From IMG/VR virus record IMGVR_UViG_3300044987_000436: a stretch of DNA of 64,000 nt; one strand, given 5' to 3'. Made by a program: the position numbers and the translations under genes. Under the pieces are notes generated by a model. It saw only the letters and a list, made by a program, of their open reading frames with translations. It was not told the DNA's origin and searched no databases. Every line of letters starts with the position of its first letter. Positions within the stretch are counted from its first letter, which is position 1. This document shows positions 28,744 to 36,998 of the stretch, in pieces. The DNA comes from an uncultured virus (IMG/VR IMGVR_UViG_3300044987_000436) (lineage: Duplodnaviria; Heunggongvirae; Uroviricota; Caudoviricetes).

Positions 28744-29266
28744 GTTGTGCTTTCCTTAGTTTCGCGTGGTGTAGTGCCTCTTGGCGCTTGACTTCATACT
28801 CTATGGCCTCTCGGCGTAGTCGAAGCATGTTAGAGCGTGCTCGCTCATCCAAGTCAAAGGCCATGCGCAAGTCCGAGCTTTTTGAAGGATGTCGCAGGCT
28901 TTTAAGTGCCTTGGCCTCGATCTGGCGAATGCGCTCCCGCGACAAATCAAAAACTTGGCCCACCTCTTCGAGCGTATAGTCCGTGTGAACATCAATACCG
29001 AACCGCAGCTTGAGAACTTTGGCTTGTCTTGGCGTCAGGGTGTCAAGGACTGCATGAAGCAGCTTGAGGATGTCCCTGTTCTCCAACACATCTTCAGGAC
29101 TGTCAGTCTCTTCTACGTCCGCAGGTAGGTTCGGCAACTCAGGCATGTCGTGGTCGTTCTTGTAGCCGAGGTAGTAGTAACACTGCCGCAGCTCATAGCT
29201 TGCACCCGCCAGCGTTCCGTAAGGTAGGCTGTGCCCTTTGAACACCTTATTTCTGGGGAACGACAT
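28727..29266 (-). CDS. Stand-alone sigma-70 region 4 protein (RpoD region 4 mimic)
   Basis: [50 protein letters not shown]; no region 2 visible. Confidence 0.88.
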   Translation of the reverse strand: MSFPRNKVFKGHSLPYGTLAGASYELRQCYYYLGYKNDHDMPELPNLPADVEETDSPEDVLENRDILKLLHAVLDTLTPRQAKVLKLRFGIDVHTDYTLEEVGQVFDLSRERIRQIEAKALKSLRHPSKSSDLRMAFDLDERARSNMLRLRREAIEYEVKRQEALHHAKLRKAQRDAHT

Positions 29267-29390
29267 GCGCGTCTCCCAAAGGTGATGTCTCTCCATCAGT
29301 CACGCATTTGCCGCCCGCGTTTGGCGTACTTACCGGCTCGTTAGGAAATCCGTAAAAAGCCTGTGAACCGGCTGCAATCTCTATTGTCAT
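29247..29390 (-). CDS. Hypothetical 47-aa protein
   Basis: Starts in the junction cassette (AAGGAG...ATGA); [10 protein letters not shown]...VPQK. Confidence 0.4.
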   Translation of the reverse strand: MTIEIAAGSQAFYGFPNEPVSTPNAGGKCVTDGETSPLGDAHVVPQK

Positions 29391-29530
29391 GTGTTCTTCT
29401 CCTTGAGTTGTTTAACAACGTCCTCAAATCTATCCAACCACCACGATGCTGTCTTGCCCTCAAGCAGGGGATTGTTCTGGGCGGGACGCATTTCTTTAAT
29501 GGCTTGCAAAACCTTGTCGTAGTCACTCAT
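29387..29530 (-). CDS. Hypothetical 47-aa protein ending LKEKNT
   Basis: Translated by hand: [47 protein letters not shown]; bounded by identical junction repeats. Confidence 0.65.
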   Translation of the reverse strand: MSDYDKVLQAIKEMRPAQNNPLLEGKTASWWLDRFEDVVKQLKEKNT

Positions 29531-29697
29531 GTGTTCTTCTCCTTGAGTTTTTTGCGTAGGGCTAATATCTCTTCAAGCATGGCCTCCATGTCTTTAGACG
29601 CTTCCATATGAAACGGGCTGACGGGCTTACAACTAGCCATTGACCGCATCATGGCGATAGCCAGACGGATGTTTCGTTCGCTGATCTTCTTGCTCAT
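29527..29697 (-). CDS. Hypothetical protein ending LKEKNT
   Basis: MSKKISERNIR...KKLKEKNT; bounded by identical junction repeats. Confidence 0.65.
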   Translation of the reverse strand: MSKKISERNIRLAIAMMRSMASCKPVSPFHMEASKDMEAMLEEILALRKKLKEKNT

Positions 29698-30044
29698 GTG
29701 TTCTTCTCCTTGAGTTTGGCTTCGATGGCTCGAATGAAGTCTGCTGGCTTTACTCCTATAGACCATGCGGCTCTGTGAAAATTGTCAACCTCTACCTCCG
29801 ACAGCCCTACCCACTGGCGCTCCTGCGCTGGCTGTGCTTCAATCTCTTGGCCCAGCTTAGTCAGCGTCCACAGCGCACGCTCTTGCTTCATGCCTTGTTG
29901 TCTGCCTTGCTCAAATGCGTCTGGCTGTGCCAAGGCCATGCCGCCAACAACGTCGATCAGCCTGTGTATCTCAGCCACCAGCGCGGCTGTCGTTTCAACG
30001 TCTACTGGGACTACGGCCCCAGACATTAGCCATTCTTCTTTCAT
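29694..30044 (-). CDS. Hypothetical protein ending EAKLKEKNT
   Basis: WVGLS...FIRAIEAKLKEKNT. Confidence 0.7.
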   Translation of the reverse strand: MKEEWLMSGAVVPVDVETTAALVAEIHRLIDVVGGMALAQPDAFEQGRQQGMKQERALWTLTKLGQEIEAQPAQERQWVGLSEVEVDNFHRAAWSIGVKPADFIRAIEAKLKEKNT

Positions 30045-30238
30045 GCTTGTCCCCTTGCTCGGATGGCCTGAGCCAAAGTATCGCCAGCGTATTCCACACT
30101 GTCCTCACACACCTTCGCACACGCCTCGTTCTCTGCTGCTGCGACAAGGGCGGCGAAGCGTTCAAGCCCTTCGACATCGAACTCCAGCCCTCCTACTGTG
30201 TATTTCCGCGCCATACGGATGATGTCTTCTTGTTTCAT
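30041..30238 (-). CDS. Hypothetical protein
   Basis: DIIRMAR...LERFAALVAAAENEACAKVC...AIRARGQA. Confidence 0.7.
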   Translation of the reverse strand: MKQEDIIRMARKYTVGGLEFDVEGLERFAALVAAAENEACAKVCEDSVEYAGDTLAQAIRARGQA

Positions 30239-30474
30239 TCTTCAAACCCCAACTCTTTCTTGAACGCAGACAATGCCAAGATGAGGTCATAGGCTTGCGC
30301 GTAGTCGAGACAAACGTAGTAGTCCTGATGTGTTGACCTGTGTGATGGGAACTTGGCAATGTAGCCGTTGCCTGTGTCTTCAAGCTGGCACAGCGTTTCA
30401 CCAACACGATAGTAACCTTCTCCTGCCACCACTCTGGATGTGACACCGGCTCGTTGAATAATTTCTGTTGTCAT
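30235..30474 (-). CDS. Hypothetical protein
   Basis: MTTEIIQRA...; ATGA coupling at both ends. Confidence 0.55.
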   Translation of the reverse strand: MTTEIIQRAGVTSRVVAGEGYYRVGETLCQLEDTGNGYIAKFPSHRSTHQDYYVCLDYAQAYDLILALSAFKKELGFEE

Positions 30475-30737
30475 ATCAGCAAACTCCAAATCCAAACGCC
30501 AGTAAAGAACAACAGGATGCAGACCACGGCCAGCGCACCCATGATCGCGGTAAGCATCACCGTGCCAACTGTCTGCCATGTGTCTGGCACGGGCTTGATG
30601 TCAGAGGGGATTGCTGGGTACGGCTTGACCTTACGCGACTCTTTCACCATTCCCGCCGTGTCGTACTTGCAGTCCCAGATGCACTCGGGCAAGTGCGGGC
30701 AGTCGATGCGGCCCGTGTCGCAGTAGCGTTTTGTCAT
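30471..30737 (-). CDS. Membrane protein with N-terminal Cys cluster
   Basis: CDTGRIDCPHLPECIWDC and a C-terminal hydrophobic helix. Confidence 0.6.
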   Translation of the reverse strand: MTKRYCDTGRIDCPHLPECIWDCKYDTAGMVKESRKVKPYPAIPSDIKPVPDTWQTVGTVMLTAIMGALAVVCILLFFTGVWIWSLLI

Positions 30738-30925
30738 TTCGCCCTCTCTTTCAGCATGAAGTCAGCAATGATGTACGCCGCTTTAGCAATATCAAACGGG
30801 TCTGTGCTGCTGTTAACAATAAGCCCCTCCATCGCCTTCGCCGCAAAGTAGTCGCGCAGGGTCATGCCTACATCGCAGCAGTCTGTGTCCAGCGGAAACG
30901 CTGGGCCACCTGTTTCGTCAATCAT
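30734..30925 (-). CDS. Conserved small phage protein
   Basis: GGPAFP...GMTLRDYFAAKAM...AYIIADFMLKER. Confidence 0.8.
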   Translation of the reverse strand: MIDETGGPAFPLDTDCCDVGMTLRDYFAAKAMEGLIVNSSTDPFDIAKAAYIIADFMLKERAK

Positions 30926-31164
30926 GCTGCCTCCTTAACTTCTTCGGTAGTAGTCACAGCCATGTACGCCTTCAGGCGCTTGACACGGTTCTTGTTGTAG
31001 GTCACTAGTGCTTGGGCGTACTCGACACCCGTCTCTGCGCGTAGCAGTGCCATCTCAGCCTCGGCAAGCTCCCACACAATGGCTTGCGCTGGTGTTACGG
31101 ACTTGACCATGCAGCGGAACTCGGCCCACATATGTTTAAGTATTTGTGTCATCTTGTTATCCAA
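30922..31164 (-). CDS. Hypothetical coiled-coil protein
   Basis: ELAEAEMALLRAETGVEYA...RVKRL. Confidence 0.65.
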   Translation of the reverse strand: MDNKMTQILKHMWAEFRCMVKSVTPAQAIVWELAEAEMALLRAETGVEYAQALVTYNKNRVKRLKAYMAVTTTEEVKEAA

Positions 31165-32017
31165 ACATGGTTTGCAGTTCGCGGTACAGGGCGTGCGCTT
31201 CCTTGACGCTCAGGGTTTCAAGCACCTGCTTGGCCGTAAGGGGTTGCGCAGGGGTTGCGGTAGGGGTTGCGTTGAGCGCAGTGATGCCTCCTGATGCCGC
31301 GTGGCGGTTCTTGATAGCCTGCACATCGATGATTACTTTCGGCGTGGATGGCGGGGGTGGGGATGGCTGGGGCGGCGGGGACTGTAGGCGGACTGTTAGC
31401 TTTTCGGATAGCGCAGCAAGCCTCTTTTCTTTGGCCTTCTTGGCGGCAACCTCGGCCTTCTCTTTTTTGGCCATGTACGCGGACGACTTCAATGGGCGGA
31501 ACGTGGTAACCAGTGTGGTCAACCTGCCGTCCTTGTCCTTACCGAGCAGCCCTTGGCGGAGCATCTGGGCAAAGATAGATGTGGTAGAGCTGCGCTTGAA
31601 GCCGAGATGCGCTAGTGCGTTGCACGCCTGCGCCGTGGTTGTGTATGGGTTGTCCCGAATGTACTCAAACGCTCTTTGCGTTACGCCGTTGATTACGGGG
31701 AACAGGCGCCTGCCTTTGGGTTTGGTTGGCTCAGGCTTCGGTGTTGATAGGGAGTCGTCATCGTCCCCCCACGCATCCAGTGCAGCCTGTACATTGGCGT
31801 GGTGTGTCTTAACTTCGTTCATTGCTTTCTCCTGTTGTTGAGCGTACTTCTGTTGTGCCTCTGCTATGAGGCGTCTTGCTTCGACGGCTCCCGCCGATAG
31901 CGGGCCTGATGGGGGCTTGTCGCTGCCGTGTAGCAGGCGATTTATTTTTTCTTCCGGCATTATTTGAATCCTTGGGCGTGGGTTGTGTACCGCACGATGC
32001 TTCATTGTCATGGTCAC
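31157..32017 (-). CDS. Putative winged-helix DNA-binding protein
   Basis: FEYIRDNP...LAHLGFKRSSTTSIFAQMLRQG; basic Pro-rich tail. Confidence 0.55.
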   Translation of the reverse strand: MTMTMKHRAVHNPRPRIQIMPEEKINRLLHGSDKPPSGPLSAGAVEARRLIAEAQQKYAQQQEKAMNEVKTHHANVQAALDAWGDDDDSLSTPKPEPTKPKGRRLFPVINGVTQRAFEYIRDNPYTTTAQACNALAHLGFKRSSTTSIFAQMLRQGLLGKDKDGRLTTLVTTFRPLKSSAYMAKKEKAEVAAKKAKEKRLAALSEKLTVRLQSPPPQPSPPPPSTPKVIIDVQAIKNRHAASGGITALNATPTATPAQPLTAKQVLETLSVKEAHALYRELQTMFG

Positions 32018-32062
32018 TCCTTAATAAACGAACTCATTGTCCACTATTAGACATGTTAGTGA

Positions 32063-32290
32063 CTACTCTTTTTTGTAGGTAATTTCCCACCCTAGTGCCT
32101 CCAAGATCATCTCGATGCTTATGTCCGGCATGAGCTGGTGCGTGACGAGCGCCTTCTTGTTGACCTTATCGAACTGGATGATCGTGCCCGAGCGCGGCAC
32201 CATCCACACCCCGCCGTCCTTTACTTTGTCGATGAGGTTCTGCGTCCATGCCTTGGCCTCGGCCATGCCTTGCGGTTGGTGAATGTTCAT
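32063..32290 (-). CDS. Hypothetical protein
   Basis: VKDGGVWMVPRSGT. Confidence 0.6.
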   Translation of the reverse strand: MNIHQPQGMAEAKAWTQNLIDKVKDGGVWMVPRSGTIIQFDKVNKKALVTHQLMPDISIEMILEALGWEITYKKE

Positions 32291-32385
32291 ACGGTTCTCC
32301 AAACAAAAAGATCAAAGCCGACCACGAGGATGGCCAGCACTAGGGTTGCTGCGTAGACGATGGTGAGTAGCGGGGAGTCTTTCAT
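32287..32385 (-). CDS. 32-aa single-pass membrane peptide
   Basis: Translated by hand: MKDSPLLTIVYAATLVLAILVVGFDLFVWRTV; ATGA overlaps at both ends. Confidence 0.65.
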   Translation of the reverse strand: MKDSPLLTIVYAATLVLAILVVGFDLFVWRTV

Positions 32386-32690
32386 TTCTTTACTTCCCAT
32401 GTAAGTGTGATGCCGCTGCCGCCGTAGTTGCCCAGATCATAGTTAGCCATGACCAGCTTCTCCAGTGTGTAGGGGTCTATGTCCCGCCCAGTCAGGTAGT
32501 GGCCCAGCGGTATCACGCCGTCGATGCCCCGACTTACGTCACTGAACACTATCCACTGCTTCGTGCCTGTCAGGGACTTGGCCAAGCCAGTCGTGTCCTG
32601 CGCTAACTCTGCGCTGTTGTCTTGCACCTCGGCAACCATGCGCTGCCCGTGTTCGTCATACCCTCGGCCTGTGTTCCATTGATGTTTCAT
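32382..32690 (-). CDS. Hypothetical protein
   Basis: WNTGRGYDEHGQRM; strong SD AAGGAG. Confidence 0.65.
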   Translation of the reverse strand: MKHQWNTGRGYDEHGQRMVAEVQDNSAELAQDTTGLAKSLTGTKQWIVFSDVSRGIDGVIPLGHYLTGRDIDPYTLEKLVMANYDLGNYGGSGITLTWEVKK

Positions 32691-32693
32691 TTA

Positions 32694-32737
32694 CTTCTCC
32701 TTAAAGCGCAGCCTGAGACGGCAGGCTGCTAACCGAT
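32694..32737 (-). promoter_or_regulatory. Repeated leader hairpin plus SD element (copy A; copy B at 36908-36951, 42/44 identical)
   Basis: Minus strand ATCGGTTA GCAGCCTG CCGWCT CAGGCTGC RCTTTAAGGAGAAG. Confidence 0.8.
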
Positions 32738-32745
32738 GACACTCG

Positions 32746-33852
32746 TCAGACTTCGCAGTGAACTGTGTCGAACAGGGACAGCAGCACAGTATCGGCATCG
32801 TAAACAGCGCAGTCATCCATCGCTTGCATCAGCACCTCATCGGTGAGCATCCGCTTGTTCAAGAACTTGAGCGCCATGTCTGGGTCTTCTGGGTACGCAG
32901 CCTCTGCGATCATCTCAAGCAGGTCGTGGTGCATCCCACGCAGCGCGTCACGGATGCAGTCCTCAAGCATCTCGTTGTCCGTGTACCCATACGCCCCGTC
33001 ATCGGCCCACTTGCCGTCCCATCCGGTCAGGCTTGCGGTGCTGTACATACTCTTCCAATTGCCCTGCATGACAGGCTCGATGTAGGTAGGGTCACGCTCG
33101 ACAGGCAGCGCATCCCACTTGATCTTGATGGCAGCAGCAGCCAGCGCCGTGAAGTGGAAGATGTCGAGCGTCTCGCGGTCTGAGTGCTCGTTGTCGTAGC
33201 CAACGCTGATGTTGGTGCATTCGGGGATGATGTCCGTGAACTCGGCAGTGTCGGTGTACACACCTGTGTCATCGCCCAGATACATCAGCACACCATCAGC
33301 GCACAGCTCACCGGACAGCGTGGCAGCGAACTCGTCAGAGCAGCACCTACCCCAGCCCTGATGCGTGATGACGCTATCTATGCCCCGCCTGTCGAACGCA
33401 ATGGCACGATCAAAGCAGGCCAGCAACTCGGGGCTATGGTCGGCAAGGTATTTCGCACCAATACCGCCGCGCTCCTCGCCCTGCGTGAAGATGTAGTAAC
33501 CCGGCACATGCGCATGAAGCATGTGCATAAGCATTGCGCACCCAGCACCATCATCCGCGCCAAGGCAGGCACCATCGGCGTACCACATGCCCTGCGTCTT
33601 CCTGATCTTGTTGGGGCCAGTTTCACGATGCACTGTGTCCACATGGGCTACGAACAATGTCCGGCTAGTGTCGTCAATGCGTGCGTCTACATGCAGGTTG
33701 CCACACTTGTCATAGCTGACGGCGATGTGATTGCGCTTGGGTAGGTGCGAGTGCAGCCAGTCCGTGAACTCAATTACAGCGTGTGTGCCATGTGGCCGCT
33801 TCATTGACAGCGCACGGGAGAGGGTCTTGGAGAGAATAGATTTCTTGTTCAT
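32746..33852 (-). CDS. M20/M28-family zinc peptidase-like protein
   Basis: AHVDTVH, LGADDGAG, GEERGGIG, AFDRRG, NISVGY.NEH metal-ligand motifs. Confidence 0.85.
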   Translation of the reverse strand: MNKKSILSKTLSRALSMKRPHGTHAVIEFTDWLHSHLPKRNHIAVSYDKCGNLHVDARIDDTSRTLFVAHVDTVHRETGPNKIRKTQGMWYADGACLGADDGAGCAMLMHMLHAHVPGYYIFTQGEERGGIGAKYLADHSPELLACFDRAIAFDRRGIDSVITHQGWGRCCSDEFAATLSGELCADGVLMYLGDDTGVYTDTAEFTDIIPECTNISVGYDNEHSDRETLDIFHFTALAAAAIKIKWDALPVERDPTYIEPVMQGNWKSMYSTASLTGWDGKWADDGAYGYTDNEMLEDCIRDALRGMHHDLLEMIAEAAYPEDPDMALKFLNKRMLTDEVLMQAMDDCAVYDADTVLLSLFDTVHCEV

Positions 33853-35276
33853 GTTGATTCCTTAGTTGTTACTGTGGTCGGTGTCTTGTCTTCTTCATCG
33901 TCTGTCTCGGGCAGGTAGTCCTCGTGGTATGTCTCGCCGTCAATCTCGACAGGCGTGTCGTCATCGTGCAAGTACCAGTTGCCAGACCCAGCGCACTCCC
34001 ACGCCTCATCTTCGAGCGCCCACTCGCTGTCGTACAGTTGTACGCAGTCGTCACGCATTTGCCAATCACTGTTGTGGTCACAGACAACCGCATCGTCATC
34101 GCGGTGGTACCACGCATCCGCCGACTCGATATGCACCGCGTTATCCATCGAGCAGTACTCGCCGTCTTCCAGCTCCACGATGTTGTTGTCACCGAGGTAG
34201 TCGCGGTCGTAGTACTCTTCGTCAACATACACGGCCTCGCTGTCCGACACATAGTACGTGTTGCCCCTGCGCCCCGTGACCATCGTGTAGTCGTCGATGC
34301 AGCACTCACCCACGACATGATCGCCGTGATACCCGACACTGTGCTGGTCATCATCACTGACACGCGAGCCGCAGTCCGAACAACTGCATGAATCCTGCTC
34401 GGTCGCATGGCCGCAGGTGTTGGAGCATGACCAAGCACCATCGCTGCATATCTTGAGGAACCGCTTGTACTTGCCCTCTGGTATGTGCGCTGTGTCGATG
34501 TCTACGCACTGAGCGCTGCCGTCAAGGTACGGCGCGATGAACTCACTGTCAGCGTGCCGCTTGCCCGAAGCGATGTACGCCAAGCGCTCGTTCTTCCAAG
34601 AGCCGCGATGCTCATACCCCTGCGACTTGAGCCACTGGATAAGCTCGTCATCGGGCTGCGAGTAGGTGTCGCCCGGATTGCTGCGGTAAGTACGCACGAA
34701 GTACTTGCCCGCAGTCTCGTCATTGTCCCGCTGCATGAGCAGCGCACGGCCCACGATCTCATGCCCCATGCGGCGCGTTGCCACATGCCAGCCGTAGCAC
34801 GGCGCGTATGCCTCGTAGGGGTGATGCCCGATCTCGTCAAGGTCACCCTCGTCAGTCCACTTCATGCAGGAGCTAGGCCCTTCCTGCACCGCGTGGACGA
34901 TAGCCTCGGTGGTGCGCTCGATGCGGAACGCGGATGCTGTAGCGTACTTGGCCACATAGTCCCTGATGATGTGGTCTGCCATGTCAGGCCAGTGGCGCTT
35001 CAAGTACTTGCCCAGCGAGGTCAGCACCTGCCGGTCATCCTCACCACCGCGCTCGTCACGGGTATAGGCCAAGCGGGTCACATCGGTGTCGGCCACATAC
35101 GGCCACTCAAGCAGCAACTGCTGCCAGTCCTCTGGGTCGTGCATGTTGAACGCTGCGGCCACTGCGGGGTGCAGTGGGTTGTGTGACTGCTGGCGTGAGT
35201 GCCAGAAGCGTGAGTGGGACAGGATGCGGGCTGCGGTTGAGAAGTTCTTACCCTTCTCTGAATATCCTACGAACAT
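33849..35276 (-). CDS. Hypothetical protein with acidic Cys/His-rich C-terminal repeats
   Basis: SCM and VGRAL motifs, PYLD, CSDC, then repeated D/E-rich aromatic units. Confidence 0.7.
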   Translation of the reverse strand: MFVGYSEKGKNFSTAARILSHSRFWHSRQQSHNPLHPAVAAAFNMHDPEDWQQLLLEWPYVADTDVTRLAYTRDERGGEDDRQVLTSLGKYLKRHWPDMADHIIRDYVAKYATASAFRIERTTEAIVHAVQEGPSSCMKWTDEGDLDEIGHHPYEAYAPCYGWHVATRRMGHEIVGRALLMQRDNDETAGKYFVRTYRSNPGDTYSQPDDELIQWLKSQGYEHRGSWKNERLAYIASGKRHADSEFIAPYLDGSAQCVDIDTAHIPEGKYKRFLKICSDGAWSCSNTCGHATEQDSCSCSDCGSRVSDDDQHSVGYHGDHVVGECCIDDYTMVTGRRGNTYYVSDSEAVYVDEEYYDRDYLGDNNIVELEDGEYCSMDNAVHIESADAWYHRDDDAVVCDHNSDWQMRDDCVQLYDSEWALEDEAWECAGSGNWYLHDDDTPVEIDGETYHEDYLPETDDEEDKTPTTVTTKEST

Positions 35277-35357
35277 AACTAACTCCTTGATGTTTTACTT
35301 GACTGAAAGCGAGGGTGAGACAGCACCCTCATACTGTTGGGGAGAATTTCTCCCCGC

Positions 35358-35618
35358 TTACTTGCGCTTGGCCTTGGCTTTGGTTTCTTCCTTGACCTCG
35401 TAGTACCCCAGCCACTGCGTGCCCTCGACTTGGGGTTGGTACATCTTGATTTCGTACTTCGCATCGTGCGCCACTGGCACGAGGAACAGGTTGTAGTTGA
35501 ACCCGTCACGCTCCATGTGCTTGATGAGTTGGCGCAGGTCACGCTCTGGTGTTGTCGTTACCCACTGGCACACGCTTGATGCGTAGAAGTGCATGTTCTC
35601 TGGCATGTTGTCGTTCAT
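35358..35618 (-). CDS. Hypothetical protein
   Basis: HFYASS..QW...YEIKMYQPQVEG. Confidence 0.6.
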   Translation of the reverse strand: MNDNMPENMHFYASSVCQWVTTTPERDLRQLIKHMERDGFNYNLFLVPVAHDAKYEIKMYQPQVEGTQWLGYYEVKEETKAKAKRK

Positions 35619-35941
35619 TTGCTTTCTCCTTTGGTTAGTTCTTCTGGTATCTCGATGTCATCACCGAGCTTGCTTGCCACATAGCAGCGCATGGCTGCGA
35701 TCAGGGGTGTGGGTTGGTTCCCCATACACGCATGAAGCCCCCCGTTTGGTAGCGGGCAATGTGCTGCCCACGCACCACGGAATCGGTAGACGCCAATACC
35801 CTCACGCTCAATGATTGGCCCCGCCACTGACCAATCGCTTGAGTACCAAGCCCAGTCTTGATGGGCCAGAGTGAATGTGTCCCCGTTAGCTGTTGCCACT
35901 GCCCAATCAAGGATTAGGTCTTTCATCTCGCTTGTCTTCAT
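35615..35941 (-). CDS. DUF2591/NinX-like phage protein
   Basis: LDWAVA...YSSDWSVAGPIIERE...PLIAAMRCYVASKLG. Confidence 0.75.
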   Translation of the reverse strand: MKTSEMKDLILDWAVATANGDTFTLAHQDWAWYSSDWSVAGPIIEREGIGVYRFRGAWAAHCPLPNGGLHACMGNQPTPLIAAMRCYVASKLGDDIEIPEELTKGESK

Positions 35942-36147
35942 TTGCTTTCTCCGATTAGTTGGCTGCGAATCTCGTCCATCTGTGCGAGCACCTGCTCACG
36001 AGTGCCTTTGAACCCCATCTGTTTGAGCAGTGAGTAGGCGCTCGGTGAGCGGCTGCGGTGCATCCCCTTCATCTCCAGCTTTAGCATCTGACGCAGCGTG
36101 AGTAGCCGTGCGCCCTCGATCTGGGTTGGTGTGGTCAGTGTTGTCAT
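35938..36147 (-). CDS. Hypothetical protein
   Basis: LKLEMKGM.RSRS.SAY...KGTREQVL. Confidence 0.6.
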   Translation of the reverse strand: MTTLTTPTQIEGARLLTLRQMLKLEMKGMHRSRSPSAYSLLKQMGFKGTREQVLAQMDEIRSQLIGESK

Positions 36148-36362
36148 TTGATTGCCTCTCTTTCTTTCATACGCTCGTTGCGGCAATGCTCCATGTAGAA
36201 CTTGCAGAACAAGTCATCGAACGCAGTCAGTAGTGCCTCTGCGTTCTGCGTGTCGGCCACATAGAACGCTCGGGCGATATGCCCTGCGAAGCTGCCTCCC
36301 TCACGCTCCATGCATCGGGCGGCTTGTAGCCGCATGTCGTGGTCTAAGTGCATTGCTTTCAT
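36144..36362 (-). CDS. Hypothetical protein
   Basis: GGSFAGHIARAFYVAD..N...L..AF. Confidence 0.6.
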   Translation of the reverse strand: MKAMHLDHDMRLQAARCMEREGGSFAGHIARAFYVADTQNAEALLTAFDDLFCKFYMEHCRNERMKEREAIK

Positions 36363-36700
36363 TTCACTTCTCCTTGTGTTGTGGGTTCCCACACTTTGAA
36401 TGGGCTGATGTAGAGCGTGTAGTAGTCGTCATACCCACTGTCGTAGTCAGGTACGCTTGTCCATTTATCGGCCATCATTAACTCGTCGTGCAGTGCTTGC
36501 GCGGTTGGTCGCGGCTTGAATGCGGGCCAGTCCTCGGGCACATCCACATCGGCGTACATCGTCTCGATGAGGTCATCGAGCAGGGGCACTAGGTCTTTGT
36601 ACCGGACGACATAGGTCAGGTCGTCGCAGTGGTCACCGAAACACTCGTAATGATGGCGCTGCATTACTTCTACCAGCTCGCTGGGTTGTGGTGCTTTCAT
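36359..36700 (-). CDS. Hypothetical acidic protein
   Basis: Strong SD AAGGAG; coupled to the next ORF. Confidence 0.55.
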   Translation of the reverse strand: MKAPQPSELVEVMQRHHYECFGDHCDDLTYVVRYKDLVPLLDDLIETMYADVDVPEDWPAFKPRPTAQALHDELMMADKWTSVPDYDSGYDDYYTLYISPFKVWEPTTQGEVK

Positions 36701-36711
36701 TTGTCTTCTCC

Positions 36712-36903
36712 TTACTCTTTCCAGTTAAACAGGGCCGGTACGGGTTGCCCGTCCAGCTTCATCTCGGCCGTTATGCGCTGGTACTCGGCGTTTTCCTCCC
36801 GAGTGAACGCGTAGTACCCCGGCGTTGGTGTAGCCAGCGTTGACCCGTTCGGTTGGCGGGTATGCACCACGATTCGGCCAGTGGTTAGGGTGATGTTTTT
36901 CAT
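36712..36903 (-). CDS. Hypothetical protein
   Basis: Strong SD immediately after a repeated hairpin element. Confidence 0.55.
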   Translation of the reverse strand: MKNITLTTGRIVVHTRQPNGSTLATPTPGYYAFTREENAEYQRITAEMKLDGQPVPALFNWKE

Positions 36904-36998
36904 TTGTCTTCTCCTTAAAGTGCAGCCTGAGTCGGCAGGCTGCTAACCGATAAATCTGGGGAGAAATCCTCCCCGTTGTTGATAGGGACTGACACCCG

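Larger units (their letters stand above)
29387..29716. repeat. Three identical 23-bp gene-junction repeats (29387-29409, 29527-29549, 29694-29716)
   Basis: Minus strand AACTCAAGGAGAAGAACACATGA contains an SD and an ATGA start/stop overlap. Confidence 0.95.
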
